64,000 nucleotides of DNA, from positions 778,639-842,638 of the forward strand of contig CBDCNM010000002.1 of the NCBI GenBank assembly GCA_965219385.1, in the 5' to 3' direction. Position numbers and translations under genes: made by a program. Under the pieces are notes generated by a model. That model made no database searches, had not been told where the DNA came from, and was given only the letters and a program-made list of their open reading frames with translations. Each line of letters starts with the position of its first letter. Positions within the stretch are counted from its first letter, which is position 1. The DNA is from Candidatus Latescibacterota bacterium. GTDB lineage: Bacteria > Latescibacterota > UBA2968 > UBA8231. Below are positions 9,654-19,429 of this stretch, piece by piece.

Positions 9654-10357
9654 TAATCGACCAGTCTTTGCTCCGCCGGCACGTCGGCAAAATCCTGGGG
9701 ATCGTAGCCGATGGCCCTGCGGCCGTGGTCCAGATCGTAGAGCGGCCAGTTGCTGTCGGAGACTCCGAAGACCACCTCGAACTGCACCCCCGGGTGGATG
9801 ATGGCGCGCTCGAAGACCCGGGTGCAATCTCCATGGCTGAGGTGGTGCGGGTGCTCGGGCTGGTCCCGCTCCAGGTGGAAGTTGCCGATGCGCACGCACA
9901 CTACCTCCATGTCGAAGCGGTCCGAGTACATGTAGCCCAGACTCTCGCCGAAGACCTTGCTGACGGAGTAGTAATTACCGGGACGGGGCAGCATCTCCAT
10001 GGTGCGCTGCACGTCCTGGGGATAGGGGCTCAGCAGGCCGGCGCGGCTGGCAAAGGCGAGGCGCCGCACCCCGTTCTGGTGCGCGGCCTCGAAGACATTG
10101 TAGGTGCCGATGATATTGCTGGGCAGGACCTCTTCCCAGGGAGCCCCTCCGCCGGGATTGGCTCCCAGATGGATGATAGCCTCCATGTCCTGGGTGGCTT
10201 TGAGCACGGTGCCGAAGTCGGCGATGTCCCCGACGACGGTGTCTTCCAGATCCGGCATGGGGGCCCGGTCCAGACCGCGCAGCTGGTAGCGGTCTTTGAT
10301 GTTTTTTACTATGGTCGAGCCGACTTGGCCCGCAGCACCAGTAATCAGTACGCGCAT
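9653..10357 (-). CDS. NAD-dependent epimerase/dehydrogenase (uronate dehydrogenase-like)
   Basis: LITGAAGQVG, YSVSK (YxxxK), VRIG and FGVSD motifs. Confidence 0.9.
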   Translation of the reverse strand: MRVLITGAAGQVGSTIVKNIKDRYQLRGLDRAPMPDLEDTVVGDIADFGTVLKATQDMEAIIHLGANPGGGAPWEEVLPSNIIGTYNVFEAAHQNGVRRLAFASRAGLLSPYPQDVQRTMEMLPRPGNYYSVSKVFGESLGYMYSDRFDMEVVCVRIGNFHLERDQPEHPHHLSHGDCTRVFERAIIHPGVQFEVVFGVSDSNWPLYDLDHGRRAIGYDPQDFADVPAEQRLVD

Positions 10358-10468
10358 TTGTCTTTCTCCTGTGTGGGGTAGACTTCAATTGAATAAGAGC
10401 ATAAAACACGGGTCCGAAAAATACAAGCACCAGAAAAAGATCGGCAAAAACCTTTACAGGGAACAGCA

Positions 10469-10729
10469 GTGGCTCTGGACCCAGGAAGAATTCGAGGTCC
10501 TGGGTCGCAAGCAAGTACGGGTTGCGTTTGCACCCGGAGGGAGTTCGCCTGCTGGTGCAGCGGAGTGCTGGCGCCCGACCCGGCCGAGGCCGCTTGTGAG
10601 GAGGGCAGCTATAATTTTCCGAACTGTTATCAGAATGAGCAGGGATGTGCCCAGACTTGCAACTTCGATCATGGGTGCTCTAGCAGCATGTGTTCCGTGT
10701 ATGACGAAGATATTTGCTATTGCTACTGA
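10469..10729 (+). CDS. Cys-rich peptide with CS-alpha/beta defensin-like spacing (start uncertain)
   Basis: After APDPAEA: ACEEGSYNFPNCYQNEQGCAQTCNFDHGCSSSMCSVYDEDICYCY, 8 Cys including CxxxC and a terminal CxC. Confidence 0.5.
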   Translation: MALDPGRIRGPGSQASTGCVCTRREFACWCSGVLAPDPAEAACEEGSYNFPNCYQNEQGCAQTCNFDHGCSSSMCSVYDEDICYCY

Positions 10730-10795
10730 TGCTCAAGGTATAAAGACTCACCGTCTTGAGCGGCTTGGTACTTAAGCTACGCCGTTGTACATGGT

Positions 10796-10930
10796 GGCAC
10801 GGGTTCAGTAGAGGGAGGAAATCGCTATCTATCTGAAGAATCGACGGGTTGCGATGGTTTTTGCATAGCCACGCAACGTGTTGATTTTGATTGAAAGAAC
10901 GAATGTTTTCCCTCGCGCTGAACCCGTGCC
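10796..10930. repeat. 135-nt imperfect palindrome (MITE/REP-like element or structured RNA)
   Basis: Perfect 13-bp terminal IR GGCACGGGTTCAG / CTGAACCCGTGCC; arms pair imperfectly to the centre. Confidence 0.7.
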
Positions 10931-11068
10931 CGTATCACCTGGAGCCGCATCAAGGCAACAGTTGACCGGTGAGGCGTTGGCCAGAGGCCGGCCGTGGCCC
11001 TGGGGACCTCTTCGAGGGAAATAGTACATGACCGCCTCAAGGGAAATTCAACATAGGGGAGTATTCCG

Positions 11069-12007
11069 ATGAAAACAGGAAAGCGTTTCCTACAACTTAT
11101 CGGCCTGGTCTTGGGGCTACTCCATGGTGCCGAGGCGCAGGAAAGCGAAAGGCTCTACCCTTTCATCGAGTTGACCGACGCGGACTTAGCCCAGATCGAC
11201 GTGACCGATGGCTCGATTGACGAGTGGATCGACCTGCTGGGCGAACCCACCCTGACCGCCCTGGACTTTCAGACCGATCCCGATCGGGCACCGTATGATC
11301 CGGCGGATATGGATTTCCGCGTCTGGCTGGCCTGGCACGGGGCCACCAATCGCCTCTATGTGGCGGTCGAGCGCTCCGATGATATATACATTAATAACTA
11401 TGACGGGAGTGATGCGGCGAGTCCTGAATGTGTTTCGATGTGGGGGCATGATTCTTCGGTAAACTTCAGAGTGGACGGCGACGCCAGCGGCGGGAAATAC
11501 GCCTTCTATCTCGAAGAGATCGAGGACCCGGATGAACGCCAGTTGCTGAATTATCAACAGGCTCAAAGCTACAACGCCCTGGGTGACATCGGCGGCAGCG
11601 GCTCCCATGTATGCGTGGGGGGTTCCAGAGCAAAGGAAGGTTGGTTCAATCTACCGCCGTATGCGGAGGGGGGCGGGGCCTCTTTCGGCGAGCAGCCCAC
11701 GCTATCGGTGACGGAATTCTACGTGACGCCCTTTGATCGGTTGATTTGGAACAGCCCGGAGGAGAGTGTGGTGTCGACGTTGTCGCGTGGGACCCTGATC
11801 GGGTTTTACCTGGCAATTCGTGATTATGACGTGGAAGGCGAGCTGGCGGAAGGGAACCATTTTATTAGCGGCCAGGACCAGGGGCCCGGTCTCTCGAACG
11901 CCGACGACTTCGCCCGGGGCCTTCTGGTGGGTCCTGGGGGTGAGATCCCCGATTCGGCGGTGGAGAGCGTGACCTGGGGCCGTATCAAGGCGACGTTTGT
12001 CCGGTGA
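11069..12007 (+). CDS. Secreted protein, possibly CBM9-like, with a C-terminal TWGRIK motif
   Basis: Signal peptide ending AEA; DGSIDEW, LAWH...LYVAV; ends DSAVESVTWGRIKATFVR. Confidence 0.75.
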   Translation: MKTGKRFLQLIGLVLGLLHGAEAQESERLYPFIELTDADLAQIDVTDGSIDEWIDLLGEPTLTALDFQTDPDRAPYDPADMDFRVWLAWHGATNRLYVAVERSDDIYINNYDGSDAASPECVSMWGHDSSVNFRVDGDASGGKYAFYLEEIEDPDERQLLNYQQAQSYNALGDIGGSGSHVCVGGSRAKEGWFNLPPYAEGGGASFGEQPTLSVTEFYVTPFDRLIWNSPEESVVSTLSRGTLIGFYLAIRDYDVEGELAEGNHFISGQDQGPGLSNADDFARGLLVGPGGEIPDSAVESVTWGRIKATFVR

Positions 12008-12063
12008 AGTACAAGACCGGCGGTCGGCCGGACCCCAGGGGACTACTTCGAGGGAAATAGAAA

Positions 12064-12390
12064 ATGAACCTTTTCACCGATCCGGTTTTTCTGGTAGAGT
12101 TGGTCATGCTCTCCGCAGTGCTGACGGTGGGCTTGTATACCAGTTATACCGACCTGAAAATACGGCGGGTACCCAATCGCTACACCTTCGCGCTCTTGGC
12201 CATCGGCCTGGCCGGACAGCTCACCTGATTGTGCTGGACGTTACTTCCTCGAGCCGGGTCGTCGCGCTGCTGCTCACCGCGCTGGCCATAGCCTTTGGCC
12301 TGACCCTGTTTGGCTTCTGGTCACCGGGCGATGCCAAAAGCTATACTGGGCCGCCGCCCTAGCCCTGCCCCCGACCCTGTGTCCTGCGCC
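12064..12390 (+). pseudogene. A24 prepilin peptidase (CpaA-like), frameshifted and truncated
   Basis: MNLFTDP...SYTDLKIRRVPN, then a frameshift to ...GFWSPGDAK; both catalytic Asp motifs are present but in different frames. Confidence 0.75.
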
Positions 12391-12458
12391 GGGAATCCGA
12401 GGGCACTTGGAAATCACTGATTGGCGGCAGATCAACCCCTTGTCCGCTCCATTTGATG

Positions 12459-12704
12459 TTATGCTCTCTCTGTCTTTCTGACCTGGGCATATACGAACTC
12501 TGGATCGAAGTCGACGCCTTGATTCCACTCGATTGTGTCGAACGAGATGCGGACGGTCTTGAACTGTTCGTACTCAGCAATCCTCCGGAACACACCAAAG
12601 CCAAGATATGGCATCATATCCAAGACGCCCTTCTCGCCGTTGTCGAACGTGATGGCGAGAGTGAAGTCCTCGTTCGGAACAACCTTTGTGACTGACGGAT
12701 ACAT
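12459..12704 (-). CDS. DUF2442 domain protein (putative antitoxin)
   Basis: VTKVVP..FTLAITFDNGE...TIEWNQGVDFDPEFVY. Confidence 0.8.
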   Translation of the reverse strand: MYPSVTKVVPNEDFTLAITFDNGEKGVLDMMPYLGFGVFRRIAEYEQFKTVRISFDTIEWNQGVDFDPEFVYAQVRKTERA

Positions 12705-12721
12705 GACAACCTCCAAATTGA

Positions 12722-12870
12722 TTACTGCAATGGCTGAATCCTAAAGGGCTCCTCACCGTTCATCACCAGATCCCAGTTGGCCATCAACTCTTCCTGGTGA
12801 AGCTCGGCCCACGCGATCGCGAGCTTCGCCTGCCTACGAGGCAAGTCGCCTTCGGTAATCTCACCGGTGC
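12722..12870 (-). pseudogene. DUF4160 toxin, C-terminal half only
   Basis: Manual translation EITEGDLPRRQAKLAIAWAELHQEELMANWDLVMNGEEPFRIQPLQ*, directly upstream of DUF2442. Confidence 0.75.
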
Positions 12871-13388
12871 GAAGTAGATCCGAACGACGATCCCATCATC
12901 GATATTGTGGGCACCTATCCAACCCCCGATTTGACCATGTACCCTGAGAACCTTCACCTCGACCGCACCGTGGATGAATCCGAGCACGAACATCGCCAAC
13001 GCTACGATTGACGATGACCAAATATACGGCCCTTCTTCAAGGGAGGCCAGCCACGGAGGCAAGAATCGGTATCCCCCTACACCCCGGCGCAGGTGCGTCG
13101 GAAAAAACTCGACATCATAGTACGCAGAAGCGGCTGAATGACACCTACCGAGCAGTACGAGACCCTGGCCCGCTACCGCGCCCCGGAGGCCCAGGTCACC
13201 GCGAATATGACCGAGTGCCGCTTTGCCGAAGGCTTCTGCCGCATCGGCACCGAGGCGATTCACTGAGAAGCCTTCTTAGAAGCCGGCTGCAAAAGCGACG
13301 GCCGGCGTTGGGCTTGCCGGAGATCGGGTGATCGAATATACTCAGACGGATTTTGTAGCAAGCAAATCGAAGAGGAGGGGATATTTCC

Positions 13389-14225
13389 ATGATCAAGCTC
13401 GGCATGCTGACGCGCGAAACACAGGATTCGAGCCTCGAAGACCAGATCCGTTTTGCCGCTGAGCTGCAGCTGGATGTGATCGATCTGCACCTTTCGGCCA
13501 TGTCCAGGGAGCCGGATTATCTGCGCCGTATCAAGGCCCTGTGCCTCGAGAACGGACTGCCCATCGGCTACCTGGGAGGCGGCAGTTTTGTAGGCCCGGA
13601 AGAGGAGAGGCAAAAGCGGATGGAGCAGGGCCGGGCGGACGTGGATTTAACGGCTTTCGTGGGGGCGCAGCTGCTCCGGGTCTTCGCCCGCCACCAATGG
13701 CCGGACGCGGTCGAGGAGCAGGAGGCCCTGTGGGGGCCGATGATCGGCAGCTTTCAGGAATTGGCGGACTACGCCGCCGACCAAGGCGTGACCCTGGGGC
13801 TGCAGAACCACGACAACGGCAGCTTTGCCATGACCGCGGACCAGGTCCTGCGCATCCTGCGCGAAACCGAGCGCGACAACTTCACCTTCCTCATGGACTC
13901 GGGTCAGTGGCTGGGCTCCATCGGCTCGCACCCGCGCGGGGAGTTCGATCCCGATGTGGACATCTACAAGGACTACCTGGAGCCCACGGCGCCGCACGCC
14001 TCGTACCTGCGCGCCAAGATCTACAAGATCGACAGCGGCCGGGAGGAGTTCATCGACTACGAACGGGTTTTGCAGATCCTGCAAAACGTCCACTTCAACG
14101 GCAGCATCGGCCTGGTATTCGAGCTGGGGCAGTTCAGCCAGCTCGACCACGAGGAGTGCATGCGGCTGGCCGCGGCGCACCTGCGCAAGGTGATTGCCGC
14201 CTCGTACAAGGGAGGGCATTCATGA
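13389..14225 (+). CDS. Sugar phosphate isomerase/epimerase, paralog of 7518..8327
   Basis: Shares SREPDYLR, GLPIGYL, GLQNH and YKIDSGREE with the 7518 gene. Confidence 0.85.
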   Translation: MIKLGMLTRETQDSSLEDQIRFAAELQLDVIDLHLSAMSREPDYLRRIKALCLENGLPIGYLGGGSFVGPEEERQKRMEQGRADVDLTAFVGAQLLRVFARHQWPDAVEEQEALWGPMIGSFQELADYAADQGVTLGLQNHDNGSFAMTADQVLRILRETERDNFTFLMDSGQWLGSIGSHPRGEFDPDVDIYKDYLEPTAPHASYLRAKIYKIDSGREEFIDYERVLQILQNVHFNGSIGLVFELGQFSQLDHEECMRLAAAHLRKVIAASYKGGHS

Positions 14226-15046
14226 TCATCGACACCCATCTGCACGTGTGGAGCGGCGATGTCGATACCTATCCTTTTGCCGATGGCAACAAGGAGCGCG
14301 CGGCCGCGCCGGTGGAGTTGCTCAACCAGACCATGGCCGCGGCCGGGGTGGACAAGGCGGTCATCGTGCAGCCGGTACACTACCTCTACGATAATCGGTA
14401 CGTGGCCTCGTGCCTGCGCCGCTTCCCGGGCAAATTCGCCGCCATCGGGCTGGTCGATCGCCAGGCGCCCGACGCGCCCGACCAGCTGGAGCGCCTGGTC
14501 AAAGAAGACGGCTTCGGCGGCTTGCGGATCCACCTGGCGCGGCCCGACGACCCGGCGGAGTGGGCGGCCCCGGATCAGGATCCGATCTGGCAGCGCGCCC
14601 GGGACCTGGGGGTCTGTTTCATCTCGCACGGTCCGGCGGCCCTGCTGCCGGCGCTGGAGCCCATCATCGCCCGCTTCCCCGATGTGCCGCTGGTGCTGGA
14701 CCACATCGGGGGGGCGCCCACGGACGAGGAGCCGCCCTTTCCCTTGTTGAGCAAGGTCCTGAACCTGGCGCAGTACCCCAAGGTCTACGCGAAGTTTACA
14801 CCGCAGGCCCACAAGTCCAAACTGCCCTTCCCGCACCAGGACACCTTTGCCACCTTCCGCCGGATATACGATGCCTTCGGGGCCCAGCGGCTGATGTGGG
14901 GTACCAACTTCCCCGGCGTGCTCAAGGGGACCGGGTACGGGCCGGCCCTGGAGTTGTTTCAAACCCACATGGACTTTCTCACCGCCCAGGACAGGGAGTG
15001 GCTGTTCCACCGGGCGGCCCTGCAGGTGTGGAAGTTCGGGGATTGA
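14222..15046 (+). CDS. Amidohydrolase family (amidohydro_2, lactonase-like)
   Basis: MIIDTHLHVW, VLDHIG and RLMWGTNFP motifs; ATGA overlap with the upstream gene. Confidence 0.9.
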   Translation: MIIDTHLHVWSGDVDTYPFADGNKERAAAPVELLNQTMAAAGVDKAVIVQPVHYLYDNRYVASCLRRFPGKFAAIGLVDRQAPDAPDQLERLVKEDGFGGLRIHLARPDDPAEWAAPDQDPIWQRARDLGVCFISHGPAALLPALEPIIARFPDVPLVLDHIGGAPTDEEPPFPLLSKVLNLAQYPKVYAKFTPQAHKSKLPFPHQDTFATFRRIYDAFGAQRLMWGTNFPGVLKGTGYGPALELFQTHMDFLTAQDREWLFHRAALQVWKFGD

Positions 15047-15102
15047 CGCCGTGACTGTCGGGCCCGTTGCTGGATAAATAACAAATACCAGGAGATGCCA
15101 TC

Positions 15103-16674
15103 GTGAAAAAACCGCGGCTGGTCTACTACAACGACGCGCACCACTTCCACGCCAAGAGGATCGAACCGCCGGCCAGTATTCACATGCTGCAGTGGCCGGT
15201 GGACGAGGTCCTGGGTACGGGCGTGGATTTGCTGGTGCTGGGTTTGGGGTACGGGGATGTGTACTTCCACGACAGCAAGGTCGGGCGCGTAGCGGGGCAG
15301 ATGAAAGAGGTGTGGGAGAATTACATCGACTGGCGCATCATGCGGATGGTGAAGGCCGGCAAGGAGCTGGGCACGGACCAGTTGCGCGAGGTCATCGGGC
15401 GGGGCCGGGAGATGGGGCTCACGGTATTTCCGAGCCTGAAGCTGCAGGACAGTGCAAAGCTGGGGGGCGAGCGCTGCGGCCTGCTCAAGTGGGAGCACGA
15501 GGCCGCAGTCTGCATCGGCGAGGAGGGTCGGGCAGAGTGGTGCTACGACTACGCCAACGAACTGGTGCGCCAGGACAAACTCGCCATGGTCCGCGAGGTG
15601 CTGGAGGACTACGAGGCCGACGGGATCGAGCTGGACTTCATGTTCGACACCTACTACTTCAAGCAGGACGAGATCCAAGAGAACACCCCGCTGATGAACC
15701 GCTTTGTGGGCCAGGTGCGGGAGCTGGCCAATAAAATCGGCCAGAAGCAGGGCCGGGAAATCCCCATCATGGCGCGGGTCCACCTCAAGAAGGAGGAGAA
15801 TCTGGCGATCGGCCTGGATGTGGAGGCCTGGTTCAAAGAGGACAGTATCGACTTTGTGGTCGGACAGGACGGCGACGCGGTCACCGATACCGGCATCCAG
15901 GCGCCCTGGCTCCCCGCGGTGGCCAACGCGGCCGGAGGCGCAGCCTATTTCCGGCCGCCGCGGCGGATCTACGACGACAGGGTAGGGCTTCCCAGCATCG
16001 AGATGTACCGGGCCCTGGGACAGACCCTGCTGTGGCAGGGGTACGCCGGGATGTATCATGGGTACCTGCCCTGGCCCCTGAGCGCTAGGGAGTACGAGAT
16101 TTTGCGGGAGGTGGCCTACCCCAAAGTCCACGCGCGGCGCGACAAGCGCTACCTTCTGGCGCCGCGCGAAGGCCAGGAGGGCCAGCCCACCACCACGCCC
16201 CAGCGCCAGTTGCCGGTGAACCTGGAAGAGGGGGCGACGCACTCTCTGGCGATATGGGTCGCCGACGATCTGGAGAGCGCTAAAAAGGACGGCGAGATGC
16301 GCCGGCCCATCCTCACCCTCCGCTTTGCCTTTTTCTGCATCGAGGACGATATCGAGTTCCGTTTCAACGGCCGGGTCCTGCCCTGGGAGGAGGCCGAGAT
16401 CACCGACGAGCGCGCTTTGAGCATTCAGGTGCAACTGACCGGCGCCATGCCCGTGCAGGCGCCGCTGGGGATGGCGGCCCACTGGTTTCGCTACAAGCTG
16501 GCAACCGACGATCTCAAACGGGGCGAAAACATCCTGGAGGTCGAGGTCCGGCAACTGGCGAAGAAGGCCGGTTTTACCCGTAGCGTAAACGGAATCGAGA
16601 TCCAGACACGCTACAGGGACTTCGTGCGGCCGGAGGGGCTCGTGCAGGAGCGGATCGCGCCCAAGGGAGGATGA
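15103..16674 (+). CDS. Hypothetical glycoside hydrolase-like TIM-barrel protein
   Basis: YYNDA...YDYANELVR...EVLEDYEADGIELDF, resembling GHL10/DUF187-like proteins. Confidence 0.65.
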   Translation: MKKPRLVYYNDAHHFHAKRIEPPASIHMLQWPVDEVLGTGVDLLVLGLGYGDVYFHDSKVGRVAGQMKEVWENYIDWRIMRMVKAGKELGTDQLREVIGRGREMGLTVFPSLKLQDSAKLGGERCGLLKWEHEAAVCIGEEGRAEWCYDYANELVRQDKLAMVREVLEDYEADGIELDFMFDTYYFKQDEIQENTPLMNRFVGQVRELANKIGQKQGREIPIMARVHLKKEENLAIGLDVEAWFKEDSIDFVVGQDGDAVTDTGIQAPWLPAVANAAGGAAYFRPPRRIYDDRVGLPSIEMYRALGQTLLWQGYAGMYHGYLPWPLSAREYEILREVAYPKVHARRDKRYLLAPREGQEGQPTTTPQRQLPVNLEEGATHSLAIWVADDLESAKKDGEMRRPILTLRFAFFCIEDDIEFRFNGRVLPWEEAEITDERALSIQVQLTGAMPVQAPLGMAAHWFRYKLATDDLKRGENILEVEVRQLAKKAGFTRSVNGIEIQTRYRDFVRPEGLVQERIAPKGG

Positions 16675-16710
16675 CCGCGCCGCCCTCTTTCACGACACAG
16701 CCATCCGGGC

Positions 16711-17871
16711 CTACAATCTGGCTTGACGAAATTCCGCCTGGAAGACCAGTCGCCCTGCCCTCACGGTAGCCAGCGGCTCCCAGCACCCTCCCGGGCGTTC
16801 GACGTCAAGCACGTCGCGCAAGCGTCCCTCCTCGTTCCATTGCAACACAGCCAGATCGGCACAGGCACCGGCGGCCAGCGTGCCGGTCTCCCCCTTCAGC
16901 CCGAGCAGCTCTGCCGGCCGCGCGGTGGCGCGCGCCAGGACTTCGGTTTCCGGCATGCCGGCGGCGATGAACTTCGACATCGTTCTGGGCAGGTCGTGGG
17001 GCGGGTCGCTGCCGAGGTGGCGGTTGTACTGATCGGTGGAAACGGTGTCGGGGTAAAACCCCTCGGCGATGGCGGGCTCGGCGTGGGCAAAGCTGAAGGA
17101 GCGCATGCCGTGACAGCCGTCGAACAGAACCTCTCGTTCTTTCGCCTCCCAGATCGCCCGCCGGACCTTTCCGTCCGCAATGATGTTGTCTTCGAGGAAA
17201 CTGAAGGTGTAGGTGACGAGGTCGCCCGGCCGCAGATGGGGCAGCTGCTCCTCCAGAGGGAAGTCCCTGTTGAACCGCAGCCCGTACAGGATGGGGCGCC
17301 CGCTGCGCTCGGCCGCCTCGATTCCCCGGCGCATGATCTCTCTCGGGTCGTGGGCGACCGCCGGATCGCGCATGGTGTTGAAGGCGATGCCCCAGATCTC
17401 CTCCCCGGCTGAAGCGATGGTATCGGCGCAGAGATCGACGTCGGCGTTTTCGAGGTGCTCGAAACAGTGGCCCTCCTGAGATTCGCCGTATTTCGACAGG
17501 TGCAGGGCTAGTCGCACCCGGGTGCGGCAGGCGTGGATGACCTCGTCGCGATAGGCCGGCCAGTTGAGGGCTCCGGCGTCCCCCTGCGACATGCAGGTGG
17601 TGACCCCGCGGGGCAGGAAGTGCTCGTCTGGATCGACGCCGTACCGCGAACCGCCTCTGGCCGGGTGAGCGTGCATGTCGACCAGACCGGGTAGGAGCAA
17701 GGCGCCGGGGTAGTCCAGGGTCTGCGAAGCGGTCCCCGAGACACCGGGGCCGGCGGCGGCAATGCGGTCACCGCGCACGGCGACGGCGCCCGGGCCATCC
17801 AGGCCGGTCTCGGCGCAGAAGACGCGGCCGGCCGTAATCAGCAGATCGTAGGAGTCGGTTGTCCTGGACAT
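16711..17871 (-). CDS. Metal-dependent amidohydrolase (dihydroorotase-like/deacetylase family)
   Basis: PGLVDMHAH, GVTT..QGDAG, DTVSTD and ATARPAELLG motifs. Confidence 0.9.
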   Translation of the reverse strand: MSRTTDSYDLLITAGRVFCAETGLDGPGAVAVRGDRIAAAGPGVSGTASQTLDYPGALLLPGLVDMHAHPARGGSRYGVDPDEHFLPRGVTTCMSQGDAGALNWPAYRDEVIHACRTRVRLALHLSKYGESQEGHCFEHLENADVDLCADTIASAGEEIWGIAFNTMRDPAVAHDPREIMRRGIEAAERSGRPILYGLRFNRDFPLEEQLPHLRPGDLVTYTFSFLEDNIIADGKVRRAIWEAKEREVLFDGCHGMRSFSFAHAEPAIAEGFYPDTVSTDQYNRHLGSDPPHDLPRTMSKFIAAGMPETEVLARATARPAELLGLKGETGTLAAGACADLAVLQWNEEGRLRDVLDVERPGGCWEPLATVRAGRLVFQAEFRQARL

Positions 17872-17897
17872 GGTCAGTCCTCTTCTTGCGGAAAGAT

Positions 17898-17933
17898 GTG
17901 CGTCAATATAAACAAGTGCGTCAATATAAACAA
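17898..17933. repeat. 18-bp perfect tandem duplication
   Basis: GTGCGTCAATATAAACAA x2; each copy carries TTGACG on the minus strand. Confidence 0.9.
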
Positions 17934-17999
17934 GACGGCACGGCGGGATAGAAGGCTACCGCGGGTGCAGTTGGCGCCTGATCTCTTCTTCGCTGTAGG

Positions 18000-18112
18000 T
18001 CATCGATCGCCTCCAAACCCGAGCGCCTTCAGATTTGCGTCGATAGTCGATAGTAGAATCCAGCTTCGCGGCTTCGGTCTGGTGTTTCCTCAACTGCGCG
18101 ACGAGCCGCTTT
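18000..18112 (-). pseudogene. C-terminal relic of a type I HsdM
   Basis: KRLVAQLRKHQTEAAKLDSTI[7-bp duplication]DANLKALGFGGDR*, a typical HsdM tail; its stop overlaps the ATG of a short relic, MTYSEEEIRRQL. Confidence 0.6.
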
Positions 18113-18500
18113 GTCCTGTCCTTCTAACCCAAGTATAGGGCATCATATCGCCCAATGTCAATGCAACGCCAGTATGGAAGACGGCACGGGCCTGGCATCC
18201 AGAGGGCGGCCCCCACGGGTGTCCGATGGGATCCATGCCTAGTGGTCAGCCGGTGGTGCTTTCGCTATCGAAGCCCAGTGCCTTAGCAGGGGTCGTAGAC
18301 CCGGCCCCTGTAGGGTTCGATCATCTCCACCAGCAACCTCCCACACTGCGGGGTGAGATGACGTAGCGCCTGGGAGAGGCCGCCATCAATCCAGAACTTA
18401 CCGCTATGTCTGTCAGATGGGATGCGGCATGGCCGGTCGCGTATTCATTATCACTGGCAGGCAGAGGCTATCTCGCCTCAGTAGAGCCGATTTTACCTTT

Positions 18501-18644
18501 TCAATCAGCCCAAGGGATGCGAATCACGATGCCACCCATGGTTTCACCCAACTCGAAATCGCTACGGGGACTGTCTACGTGCGCATTGTGGCAGGTCACG
18601 CACGCGGGCGAGACCGCCACATCGGCGTACACGGCCGTGATCAT
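18501..18644 (-). pseudogene. C-terminal fragment of a DUF3365/Tll0287-like c-type heme domain
   Basis: AVYADVAVSPACVTCHNAH..SP..DFELGETMGG, with CxxCH. Confidence 0.65.
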
Positions 18645-18689
18645 GTGAAAGAGACGGGGAAAGGACCTTTTGAGGACGCCAAAGGGGAA

Positions 18690-19291
18690 GTCGGTGGGGC
18701 CCGTTACAGCACCTTCGACTACGCCGTCTTCGACCGGAACCGGCCCGAGCCGCACCAGCCCCCGGTGGACGAGGCGCAGATGTGGGCGCGCATGGAGCGG
18801 TTCCTGGCGGCGGTCCCCGCGGCCGAGAAGGCGGGAGTGCGGCTGGCCCTGCACCCCGACGACCCGCCGATCCCCGAGCCACTGGCCGGAGTGGCCCAGA
18901 TCTGCTCGACCCTGGAGCAGTTCCGCCGGATCTTCTTCGAGACCGCCCCGAGCGAGAGCAACTGCATGCTCTTCTGCCAGGGCTGCATGACCGAGCTGCT
19001 GGGACCGGAGAGGGTCTACGACGCCATCGCCGAGATGGCCTCAAAGGACAAAGATCGCCTGGGTGCACTTCCGCAACGTGCGCGGCCAGTTGCCGCTGGT
19101 TCGCCGAGGTCTTCATCGACGAGGGGGAGGTGGACATGCGGCGGGCGATGGAGGTCTACCGGGACAACGGGTTCGATGGGCCGTACATGATGGACCACAC
19201 GCCAGCCTTTGGGGGTGGGTACGGGGCGCTGCATGGGAAGGCGTATGCGATCGGGTATATCCGGGCGTTGGTGGAGGTGGTGTATGGGTGA
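18690..19291 (+). pseudogene. uxuA: Mannonate dehydratase-like, 5'-truncated and frameshifted
   Basis: LALHPDDPP, FCQGC, HFRNVRG, EVFIDEGEVDM, DHTP and AYAIGYIRAL spread over three frames. Confidence 0.8.
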
Positions 19292-19429
19292 GGGTGGCGC
19301 AACAGCATCATCTGCATAGATGGCCTCGATCTCCATGACGATCTGCCCAGGGCTTGAGTTTCCGAGCGTGCAGCCTGTCTGTCAGCCAACGCGGATGTTT
19401 CGGTGTTTACGCCTGTTCACTACAGTGCC

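Noticed and set aside
12875..13330. Short ORF pieces between the DUF4160 relic and the isomerase gene
   Set aside because: Probably gene debris, but no family could be assigned.
17896..18138. ORF beginning MCVNINKCVNINK
   Set aside because: Product of the 18-bp tandem duplication; it overlaps hsdM relics on the opposite strand.
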